From Candidatus Bathyarchaeota archaeon (GTDB taxonomy: Archaea > Thermoproteota > Bathyarchaeia > Bathyarchaeales > Bathycorpusculaceae): DNA of 64,000 bases. Below the pieces are notes generated by a model. The model was not told the DNA's origin. It worked only from the letters and a program-made list of their open reading frames with translations, and made no database searches. A program made the translations under genes and the position numbers. The stretch's first letter is position 1, and each line of letters opens with the position of its first letter. Positions 49,712 to 60,331 of the stretch are shown piece after piece. The DNA lies in the NCBI GenBank assembly GCA_963826715.1, contig CAWGYA010000007.1:128001-192000 (forward strand), written 5' to 3'.

Positions 49712-49861
49712 TTTTCTAAAGTTTCGGTTGGCATGTTTGCCATAAACCTGCAGGCGCGTTTGTTATGCGCTTCCACTGCTTTCTTTTATAAGTCTTTTAA
49801 ATCGCGGGTAAAGCAGAAGCCGCTGCAATCTGCTTCATAGTACTTAATCAAAACCTGTTTT

Positions 49862-50656
49862 TCAGAAGGCTTGTGTCGGTGGAGGAGGGGGTGGTAGTGT
49901 TCTTGCTCTCATCGAATAGTAGTAGAGAGTTATGGCTATTGCGAAGATTGGTGTTATGAGCGCCGTCAGAATGCTCGATATAAGCGGACCAACTACTCCA
50001 AGTGGTCCGGTGAATAATACGAAGGAGACGAATACGAAAACCCCATTTATTGCATAGACAATAATAGCAAGCAAAAGCAACAAACCGAAGGTTTTTAGCC
50101 ATCTGTTGCTAACAAGCTCGCGACTTCTGGAGAGGCTTCCAAAAACGCCTGTGCCCTCAAGCATTATAGCTGGGTAAACAAGCGAAAACATAAGTGCGAG
50201 AATTATTCCTGGAACAACCAACGCAACAAATCCGAGAACGATAAGAATACCTGTGATAATGCTTGCTGCCAACAAGAGCAGCAACTTTGTCAAAGTAAAA
50301 TTGAAGGATGTTTGCAGGTTTGCTTGTCCTCTCTCCAGTAAATCTGAAGTGAATTTTGTTGTGATTCCTGTTGTGAAGCTGTAAGTGATCCAGCTTACGA
50401 TTCCGGATAAAAATAGAGACGTAACGGTCGCTGACAAGAAGGTTGGAAACCAAGCTAGTAGTTGCTGCGATGTTGGATGTAATGGTGCTTCAGGAATGAC
50501 TATGGCTGACCTCACAACTATAGTTGCCAATCCTGTAACGATTCCTGCAACCAAGAAGGGAATCAAGTACTGTACAAAATTTCGCGAATACAAATTGAAG
50601 GTCTGTGATAATATTTCACCAATTGAGAGTTCGCGTTGGAGATTTTTATTTTCCAC
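49862..50656 (-). CDS. Multi-TM membrane protein
   Basis: LSIGEILSQTF.LY, PAIMLE...SLSRS.ELV. Confidence 0.75.
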   Translation of the reverse strand: MENKNLQRELSIGEILSQTFNLYSRNFVQYLIPFLVAGIVTGLATIVVRSAIVIPEAPLHPTSQQLLAWFPTFLSATVTSLFLSGIVSWITYSFTTGITTKFTSDLLERGQANLQTSFNFTLTKLLLLLAASIITGILIVLGFVALVVPGIILALMFSLVYPAIMLEGTGVFGSLSRSRELVSNRWLKTFGLLLLLAIIVYAINGVFVFVSFVLFTGPLGVVGPLISSILTALITPIFAIAITLYYYSMRARTLPPPPPPTQAF

Positions 50657-50842
50657 TAACTTGTCCTCAGTTTGCTGATATACTGTTTAGAACTTATAAC
50701 ATTTATGAGGTCATTCTTGCTGCTCATTATGTGTTTTTGTTCTTGTTGTTTTTTAGGTGTTGTTTATCGACAGAATCTTTTTCATGGGAAACCTTTGTCA
50801 GAAAATTTGATTTTTCCTAAACTACTCGACTATGCTAAATGC

Positions 50843-50864
50843 TTAGTCAAAGTTTCTTGACGAA
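50843..50864. repeat. Motif A copy
   Basis: TTAGTCAA-AGTTTC-TTGACGAA. Confidence 0.7.
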
Positions 50865-50909
50865 AAAGCCTTTAAAATGAAAGCATTCTATCAATATATC
50901 TGATAAAAT

Positions 50910-51851
50910 ATGAGAGCGCATATTTCTTTACTTAGGATCTGCCTCATTGTTTCTCTTTCAATCGTCGCATTACCAGTTAATGCGCAAGAATTAGAACCGC
51001 TCAACCTAACAATCAAGCCAGATGGAAGCATTGAACCAGACACTGATGTTGTTTGGCTTCAAAGAAACGGAAGCACCTACACCTTTGTAGTAGATATTCT
51101 TGCTACCATAACAGTTCAAAGAGCAGGAATTACAATAGACGGAGCAGGACATACCCTTCAAGGCAACTTCAAATCATCAGGCCTGGGAGGGATAAATTTG
51201 GTGGGACATGACGAGACCTTCAACGCTTACGGCAACGTCTTAGTGAAGAATCTTCGCATCTGCAATTTCCTGGAAGGCATACGCACCCCCTCAAACAACA
51301 ACAGTTTCATAGGCAACCGCTTCGAAAACACCCGCATACACATTCTGGGGGGACCAGCAGGAAACGTCGTAAAAAACAACTATTTCATAAACTCCTCAGT
51401 ATTTGTCGATTACAACTACGGAGGACACGATGTCATAACTGAAAACAACTTCTTTGACAGCGGCACGCTAGTTGATTTAGCAGATGCCCCCTTTGTAGAT
51501 AAGAACTACTGGAGCAACTACACCATAAAATATCCTAACGCCACCGAAGTTGAAGGGTTGGGAATTTGGAACACACCTTATGTAGATGATAGATACTCGT
51601 GGGCAACGGGCAGAAGCATTGATTACCATCCGTTAGTTAACCCGATAACCGATTTCGAGATTCCTAACTTCGGCATCCTGGCAATGCCGACATTGACACC
51701 GTATCCAACCTTTAATACTGGTCCAAAACCACCCAAGACAGACTCTCTTCTACTAATCTTAGTCGTAGCATCCATATTGGCAGCGGCTGCTTTGGGTGCG
51801 GGTCTGATAGTTTATAGGAATAAGCGTAAGCATGTCTTAGCTGCCGGATAA
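50910..51851 (+). CDS. Secreted parallel beta-helix (NosD/CASH-like) surface protein
   Basis: I.PDGSI, IDGAGHTLQG, NYWSNY, GIWNTPY, DYHPL, C-terminal TM. Confidence 0.8.
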   Translation: MRAHISLLRICLIVSLSIVALPVNAQELEPLNLTIKPDGSIEPDTDVVWLQRNGSTYTFVVDILATITVQRAGITIDGAGHTLQGNFKSSGLGGINLVGHDETFNAYGNVLVKNLRICNFLEGIRTPSNNNSFIGNRFENTRIHILGGPAGNVVKNNYFINSSVFVDYNYGGHDVITENNFFDSGTLVDLADAPFVDKNYWSNYTIKYPNATEVEGLGIWNTPYVDDRYSWATGRSIDYHPLVNPITDFEIPNFGILAMPTLTPYPTFNTGPKPPKTDSLLLILVVASILAAAALGAGLIVYRNKRKHVLAAG

Positions 51852-51984
51852 TATTTTTTCCATTCTTACTGTATTTCGTTAGCTGATATTTTTCGTTAGA
51901 ATCTTTTTTGGGCAAGCTGGGCTGCATACAAAAATTTAAGTTCTAAATTTGTTTTCGAACTAATTTTTTTCTTGTTAATGCTTT

Positions 51985-52194
51985 TTGGAGGTGATTTGTT
52001 TGGTTGATGAGATAGAGGTTTCTGAGAATAAGGAAGCCCTGATTGTTTTGGCTGGCACAGTTGCGGGCGCTGCTACTACGTTTGTTGCTTCTTTGCCGAT
52101 TCCGCTGGAGATTAAGGCGCCGGCGACTGCGTTAGCATCCACTGTAACAGGGGCAATTCTGCTTTACTGGAAGAGTAAAGTCAACAAGCAGTAA
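51985..52194 (+). CDS. Small two-TM holin-like protein
   Basis: Aligns with 7829..8020 (S.N.E..I..A...GA...F.A..PI....K). Confidence 0.5.
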   Translation: MEVICLVDEIEVSENKEALIVLAGTVAGAATTFVASLPIPLEIKAPATALASTVTGAILLYWKSKVNKQ

Positions 52195-52356
52195 GCATCC
52201 ACTTTTCTTTCTTTTTAGCGCAGTCTAAAGGTGTTTCCATTTTCACAAACCCCTCTCCCCTGCTTCCAACATACGCTTTTACAGCGCTTTTTTTAAGGAC
52301 TATCAGCATATGCATCGCCCGATGGATGTCTGAATCAAAATGAGAAGTGAAAGTCA

Positions 52357-52668
52357 GTGAAAGAGATTCAAATGTCAGACGAACTTTACATAAAATTTCG
52401 TGAATTAGCTGCCCGTATCACCTTAGTAGAGGGTAAAGAAACAACCATCGTTGATGCATTAGAACTTGTTACCGTGCCCCTGAAAGCTTTCGGCGAACCC
52501 GAAGAACGGATGCCTGAAAATCTGCAGAAATACCAAAAAATAGTGGAGGAAAACAAGGATCTTGCACAAGAGAATCTTGAAATGTTGTTATCGGGCTTAA
52601 TACGCGACTACAATGATTTCCTTGACACTAAACAGAATCCCCAAGAGCCAAACCAGACAAACATCTGA
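52357..52668 (+). CDS. Hypothetical protein, possible RHH-like N-terminus
   Basis: KEIQMSDELY.KF. Confidence 0.5.
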   Translation: MKEIQMSDELYIKFRELAARITLVEGKETTIVDALELVTVPLKAFGEPEERMPENLQKYQKIVEENKDLAQENLEMLLSGLIRDYNDFLDTKQNPQEPNQTNI

Positions 52669-52683
52669 GCTTTTTTTAGTCAG

Positions 52684-52920
52684 TTATTTTTTTGGCTTAG
52701 CGGTAGCTCTGGCTTCTTCTTCATCTGCTTTTCTTTCGTCTTCCTCGATTTCTTTTAGCAAGTCTTCGTCTTCAACTAGGCAAGTGTTCTCCTCATCCAC
52801 TTCGACGGCTCGGTCTTGGATCCGATGTTTCGCTATTGCAATCGCTTCTTCTTTGGTGTTTGCATCCACAATTTCTGAACAATATTCAATTATAAAGTAG
52901 TTCTTTTTTGGTTTGGACAT
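52684..52920 (-). CDS. Small acidic hypothetical protein
   Basis: GGAG RBS; VDANTKEEAIAIA. Confidence 0.55.
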   Translation of the reverse strand: MSKPKKNYFIIEYCSEIVDANTKEEAIAIAKHRIQDRAVEVDEENTCLVEDEDLLKEIEEDERKADEEEARATAKPKK

Positions 52921-53282
52921 AGGTTAATCTCCATTATGCTGAGCCTTTACTATCTTATTATGTCTAACGAAAAGTTTGGGCATATGGGGCGCTCGTTTGA
53001 TTACTCGCAGACGGCACCTACATCGCAGTCTCGCCAGCACCAGAAAACATCAATGCACTACTCGCAGCAGTAGCATACATCTGCGGCTAGCCGTTACCAA
53101 CCTTTCGGGAAAACCTCTGATTACTTTGCTAGCATTTTAAACGCTGATTCTGCGAAATTGGCGAAGCTGATTAGGCTTGTTGAAATGCTTCAGCAAACAA
53201 AGGTTACCTGTTTTTGGTTAAACTTTAGCTCATAGTCCAAAATGCTTATAGTTGTCATTATACATTTTATTAACTGACCATT

Positions 53283-53732
53283 ATGTCTGAGAAAACAGTC
53301 TCAATCCTTCGAGCAATAGGAAACCCGAACAAAGCAAAAATAATCGCGCACCTGGCAAAGCATAGAGGTGAGACGGCTGAAGGCATTGGAAAACACTTAG
53401 GCTATCCGCTACCAACCGTTTACAAGTACCTTCGAGAGCTTGAAGCTGCAAGCGTTGTAGAGAGCGAAGCTAAAGGCAACACAAGAGTGTATTTTGCTGG
53501 CGATTTCAAGCTTGAAGTTTCTCCTGAGAAGTTAATGGAGGCGTTCGAGGAACAAACGATGATGGATCTCCACAAAGGCCGATTTGGGGCTAAGGGCATA
53601 GAGAAGTTTAACAACGTTGCAGCTAAAGCGAAAGCGGGAAAGATGACTTTTAGGCAAGCAGCCGCCACACTGGGAATAACCTACTACGAGTTTATCTCAC
53701 TTTTAGAAGAAGCCGGCGCTCTGGATGCCTAA
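53283..53732 (+). CDS. ArsR-HTH plus UPF0175-like putative antitoxin
   Basis: AIGNP..AKII, TVYKYLREL; GKMTFRQAA.LGI.YYEF..LL. Confidence 0.7.
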   Translation: MSEKTVSILRAIGNPNKAKIIAHLAKHRGETAEGIGKHLGYPLPTVYKYLRELEAASVVESEAKGNTRVYFAGDFKLEVSPEKLMEAFEEQTMMDLHKGRFGAKGIEKFNNVAAKAKAGKMTFRQAAATLGITYYEFISLLEEAGALDA

Positions 53733-54234
53733 GCGTCTTGTAGTAGATTCGTCAGTTCTCATATTCTATGATAGAAAGAGGAAATTAGAGGATTTCTTGC
53801 AGGCGAAAAAGAAAGAAAACTATAAAGTCATAATTCCAAAAGCGATAGCACAGGAAGTCGTTGATGAACCAAAAGAGTTTGCAAGAGAAATCAAACAAAC
53901 AGCTCCCGAATCCGCAAAGCAAATACTTGATTCTGTGAAAAGGTTCAACACTGCCATTGAACAAGGACTTATCCAAGTAGAAAATGTGAATTATAGAGAA
54001 TATTCGAAAGTAATAGATAACGTTAGAAAACACTTAAGCAGGCTCGATGCTACTCCGGAATACGCGGTAAAGAAGGGCGACCCAGAACTCATAGCGCTTG
54101 TTATTCAACTCTACGGTGAAGCTAAAGAGAAGGTCTTTGTTGCAACATTGGATAAGGGGTTGCTAAAGGCGCTCAAGCCATTTGGAGGCTTAGTTGATTA
54201 CGAAGTCATGGTCCAAAATTCCATCCATAAATGA
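53725..54234 (+). CDS. PIN-domain (VapC-like) toxin
   Basis: VVDSS, IP.AI.QEV, GD.ELIA, ATLDKGL; overlaps the antitoxin gene. Confidence 0.8.
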   Translation: MPKRLVVDSSVLIFYDRKRKLEDFLQAKKKENYKVIIPKAIAQEVVDEPKEFAREIKQTAPESAKQILDSVKRFNTAIEQGLIQVENVNYREYSKVIDNVRKHLSRLDATPEYAVKKGDPELIALVIQLYGEAKEKVFVATLDKGLLKALKPFGGLVDYEVMVQNSIHK

Positions 54235-54328
54235 AATTAAGAGCATTATTTCGATCTAATTTAGCGCTGTGGGACCATGTGATTTGGGTCGCTGATTGGG
54301 GTTTCCGCCATTTCGGCTTGGACTTGAG

Positions 54329-54562
54329 TCATGTTAACGGGGATTGCTTTAGCTGGGTTAAAGGGCGGCAAGGTAGGCCAGGACCAGTTTCGGTCGCGGT
54401 TATGCTTGGAATTTTTAATGGTGCCAAAGCATGCTGAGAATTAGCTAATGTTGCATTAGAGTTTGAGAACTGGATTAGGTCAAGCCCTAATGGCGTATTG
54501 GATTGTATTGATTGTGCGAGGACCGTTACAGTAAAGGCAGTGATAAATAAAATTACAAGCAA
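54329..54562 (-). pseudogene. Probable truncated secreted-protein gene
   Basis: Signal-like N-terminus then early stop. Confidence 0.3.
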
Positions 54563-54936
54563 ACTAGTTGCTATTATTTTCTTTATCTTTTTTCACCTCT
54601 ATACTCAAATCTCAATCGGCAAAATTACCGCTAAACTAAACTGTGATAAGCAATTTGAGTTTTTTCAAGTTATTTACTCCTTTGCAGTTTTATCATGAAC
54701 CATAGGTTAACTGTTAATAGTCCCCAAAATAACCAAAAAGGTGTGTTCAAATACCAAAAAATACCTTGAACAGCCGAAAGGCTACCGTTGAAGTATGCAT
54801 AATGTTGAGCACTAATTCCTATTGGACCCAATGACTAGTTATTAGAATTGTATTAGTGCCATTCATCGCATTCCAAATTGTGGCGTTAGAGTAAATAAAA
54901 AGCAAACTTAGGATAATATTTGTAACGATTAAATAT

Positions 54937-55842
54937 TTAACTATTTTTTGCGTGTTTCTCAACCTCCAAATATTGCTTGCCCTTTTTTTTGTTCAGCATT
55001 AATTTCAAGCGATGTCTGTTTGTGAATAAGGCAACTGAGACTATGACAGCACTTGCCATAGCAACAAGCAGTAAGTAAGGTAACCAGACGGGTGAGATTG
55101 AAGCTTTAGTAGTCGATAAACTGGAGTCTATCAGTGATTGATCTACAGGCGCAGGCACAGGCGCCCAAGCGTATTTGATGCTAACATTTGAAGTAGCTCC
55201 CTCAACTATGAGTCCTGTGCCGTATGGAATCACTCCATCGGTAAAGTTCAAACTGGATGTGTTATAATCTGCTTGTTTGCCATCAATGCAAACCTCAACA
55301 CCCAATGGCCAAGTGAACGTTCCATTAATGGTATCTTGAGAAGGCTCTGTCCAATTTGCCAGATTGAACCGGATTCTAATAATTTGCTCTCCAATACCAG
55401 CTACTGTGTAATTTAGCCAGCCCTCTGTTAACCATGAACCCCTATTCTGGTTGTCACTTCCATCTGGGGTTAGAAGCCGTTCGAAACTGGTTATAGTGAT
55501 ATTGCTGTCTTGTGTTGTTATGTTTAGGTTTGCGGTTGTTGGGCTGTCAGAGAGGATATCGGCGTGTTGTGGGTCAAGTTGTAGGTGAGTAAAAACCCAT
55601 GTGTCATCGACGAGAGTGGCGTTACTATAATATCCTGTCTCGTTGAAACATATGGTGCCGTTTGTTGTCGGGATGGTAAATTGGGTTTCTGACGTGAACG
55701 CCATCGAAGTTGCGATGCTTGTAAATATGTTGGTTTCGTACGCTTTTATGGGAAAGAAGACATACGACAATGCTAAGATTACACAAAGTGCTACAATGAT
55801 ATTTCTGCATTTCATTGTTGTTACCTCTTGCTTTTGACACAA
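54937..55842 (-). CDS. Secreted surface protein with C-terminal TM
   Basis: Signal peptide, beta-rich, basic tail. Confidence 0.7.
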   Translation of the reverse strand: MCQKQEVTTMKCRNIIVALCVILALSYVFFPIKAYETNIFTSIATSMAFTSETQFTIPTTNGTICFNETGYYSNATLVDDTWVFTHLQLDPQHADILSDSPTTANLNITTQDSNITITSFERLLTPDGSDNQNRGSWLTEGWLNYTVAGIGEQIIRIRFNLANWTEPSQDTINGTFTWPLGVEVCIDGKQADYNTSSLNFTDGVIPYGTGLIVEGATSNVSIKYAWAPVPAPVDQSLIDSSLSTTKASISPVWLPYLLLVAMASAVIVSVALFTNRHRLKLMLNKKKGKQYLEVEKHAKNS

Positions 55843-55887
55843 TACACTGATGTGGGGCGGTACTTAATGCGATGTTTTAGAACGAAC

Positions 55888-55905
55888 TGTTCTTTTTTTA
55901 GAACA
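55888..55905. promoter_or_regulatory. Operator TGTTC-N8-GAACA
   Basis: Also at 56306-56323 and 61669-61686. Confidence 0.6.
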
Positions 55906-55929
55906 TGCTTTACTAGAGGAAGTCATTAT

Positions 55930-56262
55930 CTACCGATTAATTTCCTTCTTGAGGCTTCTTTCTGAAAATAACAAAAGAGCAGCAACTATCGCAACTACTA
56001 TAGCGGCAACAGCAAAAAGAATTGAAACTATATTGCCACTTAATGGGGTAGTTTGCGCCACTGGGGGTGATGTCGGCAAGGGCGTCATTGTAGAATTAGG
56101 ATTTGAGGTAGGTTGAGGGTTTGGGGGACCTTGCGAAGCATCTTGGGGCAAAAAACTTACCGATCCTGCAAGCAATAAGGCTAATGCGATTGCAAGAATG
56201 GGCGCGAACAGCATTTTCTTTCGGAGCAGGCTCATAATTTCAACCTTACCTACGATACTCAT
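55930..56262 (-). CDS. Small two-TM protein with Pro/Thr linker
   Basis: TM-linker-TM. Confidence 0.6.
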   Translation of the reverse strand: MSIVGKVEIMSLLRKKMLFAPILAIALALLLAGSVSFLPQDASQGPPNPQPTSNPNSTMTPLPTSPPVAQTTPLSGNIVSILFAVAAIVVAIVAALLLFSERSLKKEINR

Positions 56263-56393
56263 GAAAACACGCAGTCGGTTATTTAATGCTATATTTTATT
56301 GAAGGTGTTCTAATTTTCGAACAGGCTACATGAGTAACTGTTGAGGGTAGCTCTTAAATTATTGTTGCGCTTTGTTTTGGCATGTGAAAGAGT

Positions 56394-56816
56394 TTGGTTG
56401 ACGATGACCCCAAAGAAGTGCTAAGAGGAACTACTCTTGAAGTTTACCGTTTTCTGTTAAAAAGCAACAAGCCTATTGGAACAAGGGAACTTCAAAGAGC
56501 TCTAAACCTTAGCAGTTCCTCGGTAGCCACGTACCATCTATCTAAACTTGAAGATGCCGGGCTTCTAAGAAAGGAGCCTGGCGGTTTCACCGTTAGCAAA
56601 TTCCTTTTGGAAAACAGCATCAAAATAAATCGTTTTCTAGTTCCAAGATACTTTTTTTATGCGATATTTGCCATAGCAATTCTCATAATAGAATTGACAA
56701 TTATGAAGCCGGCTGTTCTTTATCGTGAATACGTTTTTTCGTTGGTTGCAACCGTTATACTCACCTTTTTCTTTTGTTACGAAACACTAAAAACTTGGCG
56801 ACGGGGCAATTTGTAA
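56394..56816 (+). CDS. Winged-HTH regulator with two C-terminal TMs
   Basis: TLEVYRFL, GTRELQRALNLSSSSVATYHL.KL. Confidence 0.8.
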   Translation: MVDDDPKEVLRGTTLEVYRFLLKSNKPIGTRELQRALNLSSSSVATYHLSKLEDAGLLRKEPGGFTVSKFLLENSIKINRFLVPRYFFYAIFAIAILIIELTIMKPAVLYREYVFSLVATVILTFFFCYETLKTWRRGNL

Positions 56817-56850
56817 TAGATATCAGGTCACAGGCAAATATTACTAAACC

Positions 56851-58506
56851 CTACCTTCTATTTATCACTGAAGATCGCCGTCTCCTTTTTGCTCTAATGA
56901 CAATGATAGTTACTGCGGCTATGATTGCGGCTGCAACTAATAGTCCGATTATAAGTGGAGTTGAAAAGGAAGTGGCTGACTGGTTCCAATAGTATATTTG
57001 GCTGTATTTTTCAGTGATGTTATAGGCTGGGTCGTCATAGACTATGTCTAGTTTTGAGCCGTATTGCGCCAGTTTGTTTTGGAGCTGGTTCCAGATTTGC
57101 TGTGACGTATCATTTGGTTTCCACAATCCCCAAATCGTGTCGTTTGTATGCCTCATGCCCCATCCATAGTCTTGGGGTAAAACCAATGCTGCTTCACCTG
57201 TAATTCCGCCATGGACAACCTTGGGGTTTTGCACTACATCGTTCCAGAAGCGCTGGAGAGCTTGGAAATGCTCAGTCTGTAATGTTCCATAGGGATCAGT
57301 CATGTTTTCAGCGTAATTAAAAACCACAACATACTGAGCGCCACACTCATAAGACAAGTGCATTTGATCATACATTTCATCTCCGCTGGGTAAATAGGGC
57401 GGCTGATTGTATTTCCAATCTATGATAGTGCCCCAATTTTTACCCTGCAAATTCGCCGATCCTCTTACAAGACCGATTTCTTGGGCAACAGTATTATTCC
57501 AGCCTAATTCAGCAAAGACTGTATCATAGCCAATTTGGTAGTCCCACCAATAAAGAACATAGTCAGAAGTGAAAAGCTTAACGTCATCTCGATTAGCTAT
57601 CCAATCTGTTGTCGCTTGCTGGTTTTTTAAATAAGACGCGGCTACTGCGGATAAATCATCCATTGTTTGGAATGGACGTGAATCCCAAAGTTGTCGGTAG
57701 GGTTCAAACTGGGAAATATTACCCATATCCGTCACCGCTACAAAAAAGGGTTTATTTAACAATTGGTTGAGAACAGTTCCAGTTGTTCTCCAAGAGTCAT
57801 TATTTGCGTTCGGAGAGCTTGTTTGTTTGAGCACGGTTCCATTTGTCAAGTAAATCACATATTCATTGTTTTTTGCAAGAGCGATGGTTCCATTCGGAAA
57901 ATAGTTAATCATCGTGTAATTGCCTGCCGCCAAGTCAGCATACTGTACATTAATCTGTCCTGAAAAGTCAGGACTATAAAGGAATGATTTACTCGTCATG
58001 ATTGAGCCAGAGGTTTGGCTGACGGTGAGGTCATGGCTGCTTACCGACACATTGCCTATATTGGGTACGTTATCCAAGCGCATGATTCCATCGAATGCTT
58101 TTCCGCTAGGTTCATCTCCATAGTATATTCCCAAGAAGTGGTTGCCCCATCGTTCCTGCGCTGTATCGATAAAGGCAGCGGTTTTATCCCTATTTGTCTC
58201 GTATGAACCGAAATAAACGATGATATCTAACCCTGATTTAACAGCATAATCGCAAGTTTTAACCAATTCGTCGATATTACCCTGTAGGGGACCTGAAGCT
58301 ACAACAAACAGGTTAGTATAATCTTTAACTTTATCAATCAGTATTTTCGCATCGGCGGCGTTGTCCCCGCCGAACGTTACGCCAACATGAAACGGCTGGC
58401 TATCTTGTGCGTTTGCATTACCTACGCTGTTAACTGCAAAAATATTTACTATAAAAATGGCTATTAAAAGCACTGCAAACGCCGAAAATAGTTTTGCTCT
58501 TTTCAT
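56851..58506 (-). CDS. Secreted, membrane-anchored protein, possibly a glycoside-hydrolase-like TIM barrel
   Basis: GIYYGDEPSG, YDTVFAELGW, C-terminal TM. Confidence 0.6.
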   Translation of the reverse strand: MKRAKLFSAFAVLLIAIFIVNIFAVNSVGNANAQDSQPFHVGVTFGGDNAADAKILIDKVKDYTNLFVVASGPLQGNIDELVKTCDYAVKSGLDIIVYFGSYETNRDKTAAFIDTAQERWGNHFLGIYYGDEPSGKAFDGIMRLDNVPNIGNVSVSSHDLTVSQTSGSIMTSKSFLYSPDFSGQINVQYADLAAGNYTMINYFPNGTIALAKNNEYVIYLTNGTVLKQTSSPNANNDSWRTTGTVLNQLLNKPFFVAVTDMGNISQFEPYRQLWDSRPFQTMDDLSAVAASYLKNQQATTDWIANRDDVKLFTSDYVLYWWDYQIGYDTVFAELGWNNTVAQEIGLVRGSANLQGKNWGTIIDWKYNQPPYLPSGDEMYDQMHLSYECGAQYVVVFNYAENMTDPYGTLQTEHFQALQRFWNDVVQNPKVVHGGITGEAALVLPQDYGWGMRHTNDTIWGLWKPNDTSQQIWNQLQNKLAQYGSKLDIVYDDPAYNITEKYSQIYYWNQSATSFSTPLIIGLLVAAAIIAAVTIIVIRAKRRRRSSVINRR

Positions 58507-58595
58507 TCAACAGCTCTCCTTTAGCTTCTAATTACCGGTAAATACAGCATTAGGCTTCTTATTTTTATCCCTAATTCGAAGTGTTCTAATCTTTA

Positions 58596-59570
58596 GTGCA
58601 GTCTTGGTTAAGAAACCTTGACGAATGCACTTATATCTTTAATGAGTGCCTAACAAATTGTAGAGATGATGATGTGAACAAGCATTGGGTTCTGCCAATC
58701 AGCCTTGCCTTTCTTTTGTCCATGGTTGCCACTATTCCAGTTATCAATGCACAATCAGTTGGCAATATAGTGATCAACTCCGACGGCGCCTTCACAGGGA
58801 CAGATGCCATTAACCGCAAGGGTAACACCTACACTTTAACGGCAAACATTTCAGGCAACATACAAATTCAGAGGAGCAACATAATAGTAGACGGCGCAGG
58901 GTATTCGCTTAACCAAGGTGGAATAGACCTAACAAACGGAATAGGGCAAGACCCAACACGTTCTACCATTATCAATGTAACAATCGAAAACTTGTATGTC
59001 GAAAGCGGCAGCATAGGCACTAATGGGGGTGGAAATTACACTTTCTACGATGACTACATACCTTCTATCCAGTTTTTAGGAGACTGTATTAACAATAACA
59101 TAACTTTCTGCACCGTTGAAGCAGTATCATTTGATTACGGAGGAAACGCAACATTAACTGAAAATAACCTCGGTAGCGTCTTAGTATGGTTAAGCTTTGG
59201 CGGAGTTGCTGACAGAAACTATTGGAGTGATTATTTAACAAAATATTCTAATGCTACAGAAATAGACAGCACGGGAATAGGTAACACGCCCTATGTATAT
59301 TCTATAGTAGAAACACAGACGCCCTTAATCTATAAGGACAATCATCCGTTAATGAAGCCAGTTGCAATTCCGTTGATGGGTTCAAATACTTTAAGCCCAT
59401 TAACCCCAACACCTACTATAACACAGCTTCCTACAGTTAATACTGGTGCAGAAACACCACAGACAGAGTCTATAATTATTGTCGCTATTACCTTTGTAAT
59501 CGCATTAGCGGTGGCTGCTGGTTTGTTTTACTATTTCAGGAAACAGAAGCATGGAGCTGTACAAGGATGA
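58596..59570 (+). CDS. Secreted beta-helix (NosD-like) surface protein; real start probably near 58675
   Basis: Paralogue of 50910..51851. Confidence 0.8.
   Translation: MQSWLRNLDECTYIFNECLTNCRDDDVNKHWVLPISLAFLLSMVATIPVINAQSVGNIVINSDGAFTGTDAINRKGNTYTLTANISGNIQIQRSNIIVDGAGYSLNQGGIDLTNGIGQDPTRSTIINVTIENLYVESGSIGTNGGGNYTFYDDYIPSIQFLGDCINNNITFCTVEAVSFDYGGNATLTENNLGSVLVWLSFGGVADRNYWSDYLTKYSNATEIDSTGIGNTPYVYSIVETQTPLIYKDNHPLMKPVAIPLMGSNTLSPLTPTPTITQLPTVNTGAETPQTESIIIVAITFVIALAVAAGLFYYFRKQKHGAVQG
58604..58625. repeat. Motif A copy
   Basis: TTGGTTAA-GAAACC-TTGACGAA. Confidence 0.7.
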
Positions 59571-60247
59571 AAAGAACAAAATTGGCGGTAATAGTCATTT
59601 TAGCGCTAGTAATTTCAGTGCCAGCGCTTCTACAAGTTAATTTGGTAAGAGCGCATTATTATCCACCGCCCTCCATTGAAATCTTTTCGCCAATCCCTGC
59701 TCCCGACGTTCATTCAACTGCATCTGTTCCACTTCAGGTTCGTGTTAACGTCTTAACAGACGACGCTGCCATTACTTTCATCCGTTATAGTCTGGATGGA
59801 GGAGCCAACGTTACACTTACCGATTTAACAAGAGAAGACGGGCTTTATTATTGGACTACTACAAAAGGCGTTTTTGCACATGGCAATGCTTTCAGTACAC
59901 AAGCCTCTTTGGACAACGTAGACGAAGGCAATCATACGCTTATCGTGTACTCGCACGCTGCTGATGGTAAAGAAATGTCGCGAACACGAGAGTTTAAAGT
60001 GGACTACAACTATGTGCCGCCTCAACTACCACCTTTAACATTGCCCAATGGCACATCAATGCAACCAGCGACTTCATCAGCCCAAACTGAAACACCCATA
60101 ACAACAAACGCAGATAGTTTCCAACCCTTCGAAGACCCTGCATTATTCATAATTATAGCTTGCATTTCGGTATCGCTGTTAGCAGGAATACTGTTCTTCA
60201 GAAAAAAACCTAAAGGTTTTATGAAATTGAAGGACAAAGAAAATTGA
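59567..60247 (+). CDS. Secreted Ig-like surface protein
   Basis: PP.I.I.SP, YSLDG..NVT, EGNHTL.VY, C-terminal TM. Confidence 0.75.
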   Translation: MKRTKLAVIVILALVISVPALLQVNLVRAHYYPPPSIEIFSPIPAPDVHSTASVPLQVRVNVLTDDAAITFIRYSLDGGANVTLTDLTREDGLYYWTTTKGVFAHGNAFSTQASLDNVDEGNHTLIVYSHAADGKEMSRTREFKVDYNYVPPQLPPLTLPNGTSMQPATSSAQTETPITTNADSFQPFEDPALFIIIACISVSLLAGILFFRKKPKGFMKLKDKEN

Positions 60248-60331
60248 GTGTACCAAAACGTTGGTCGCTTGTTCTAAACTGTAGCATTAAATATCACTTT
60301 AAAGCTTAGATAGACTGGGAATGCCACCTAA

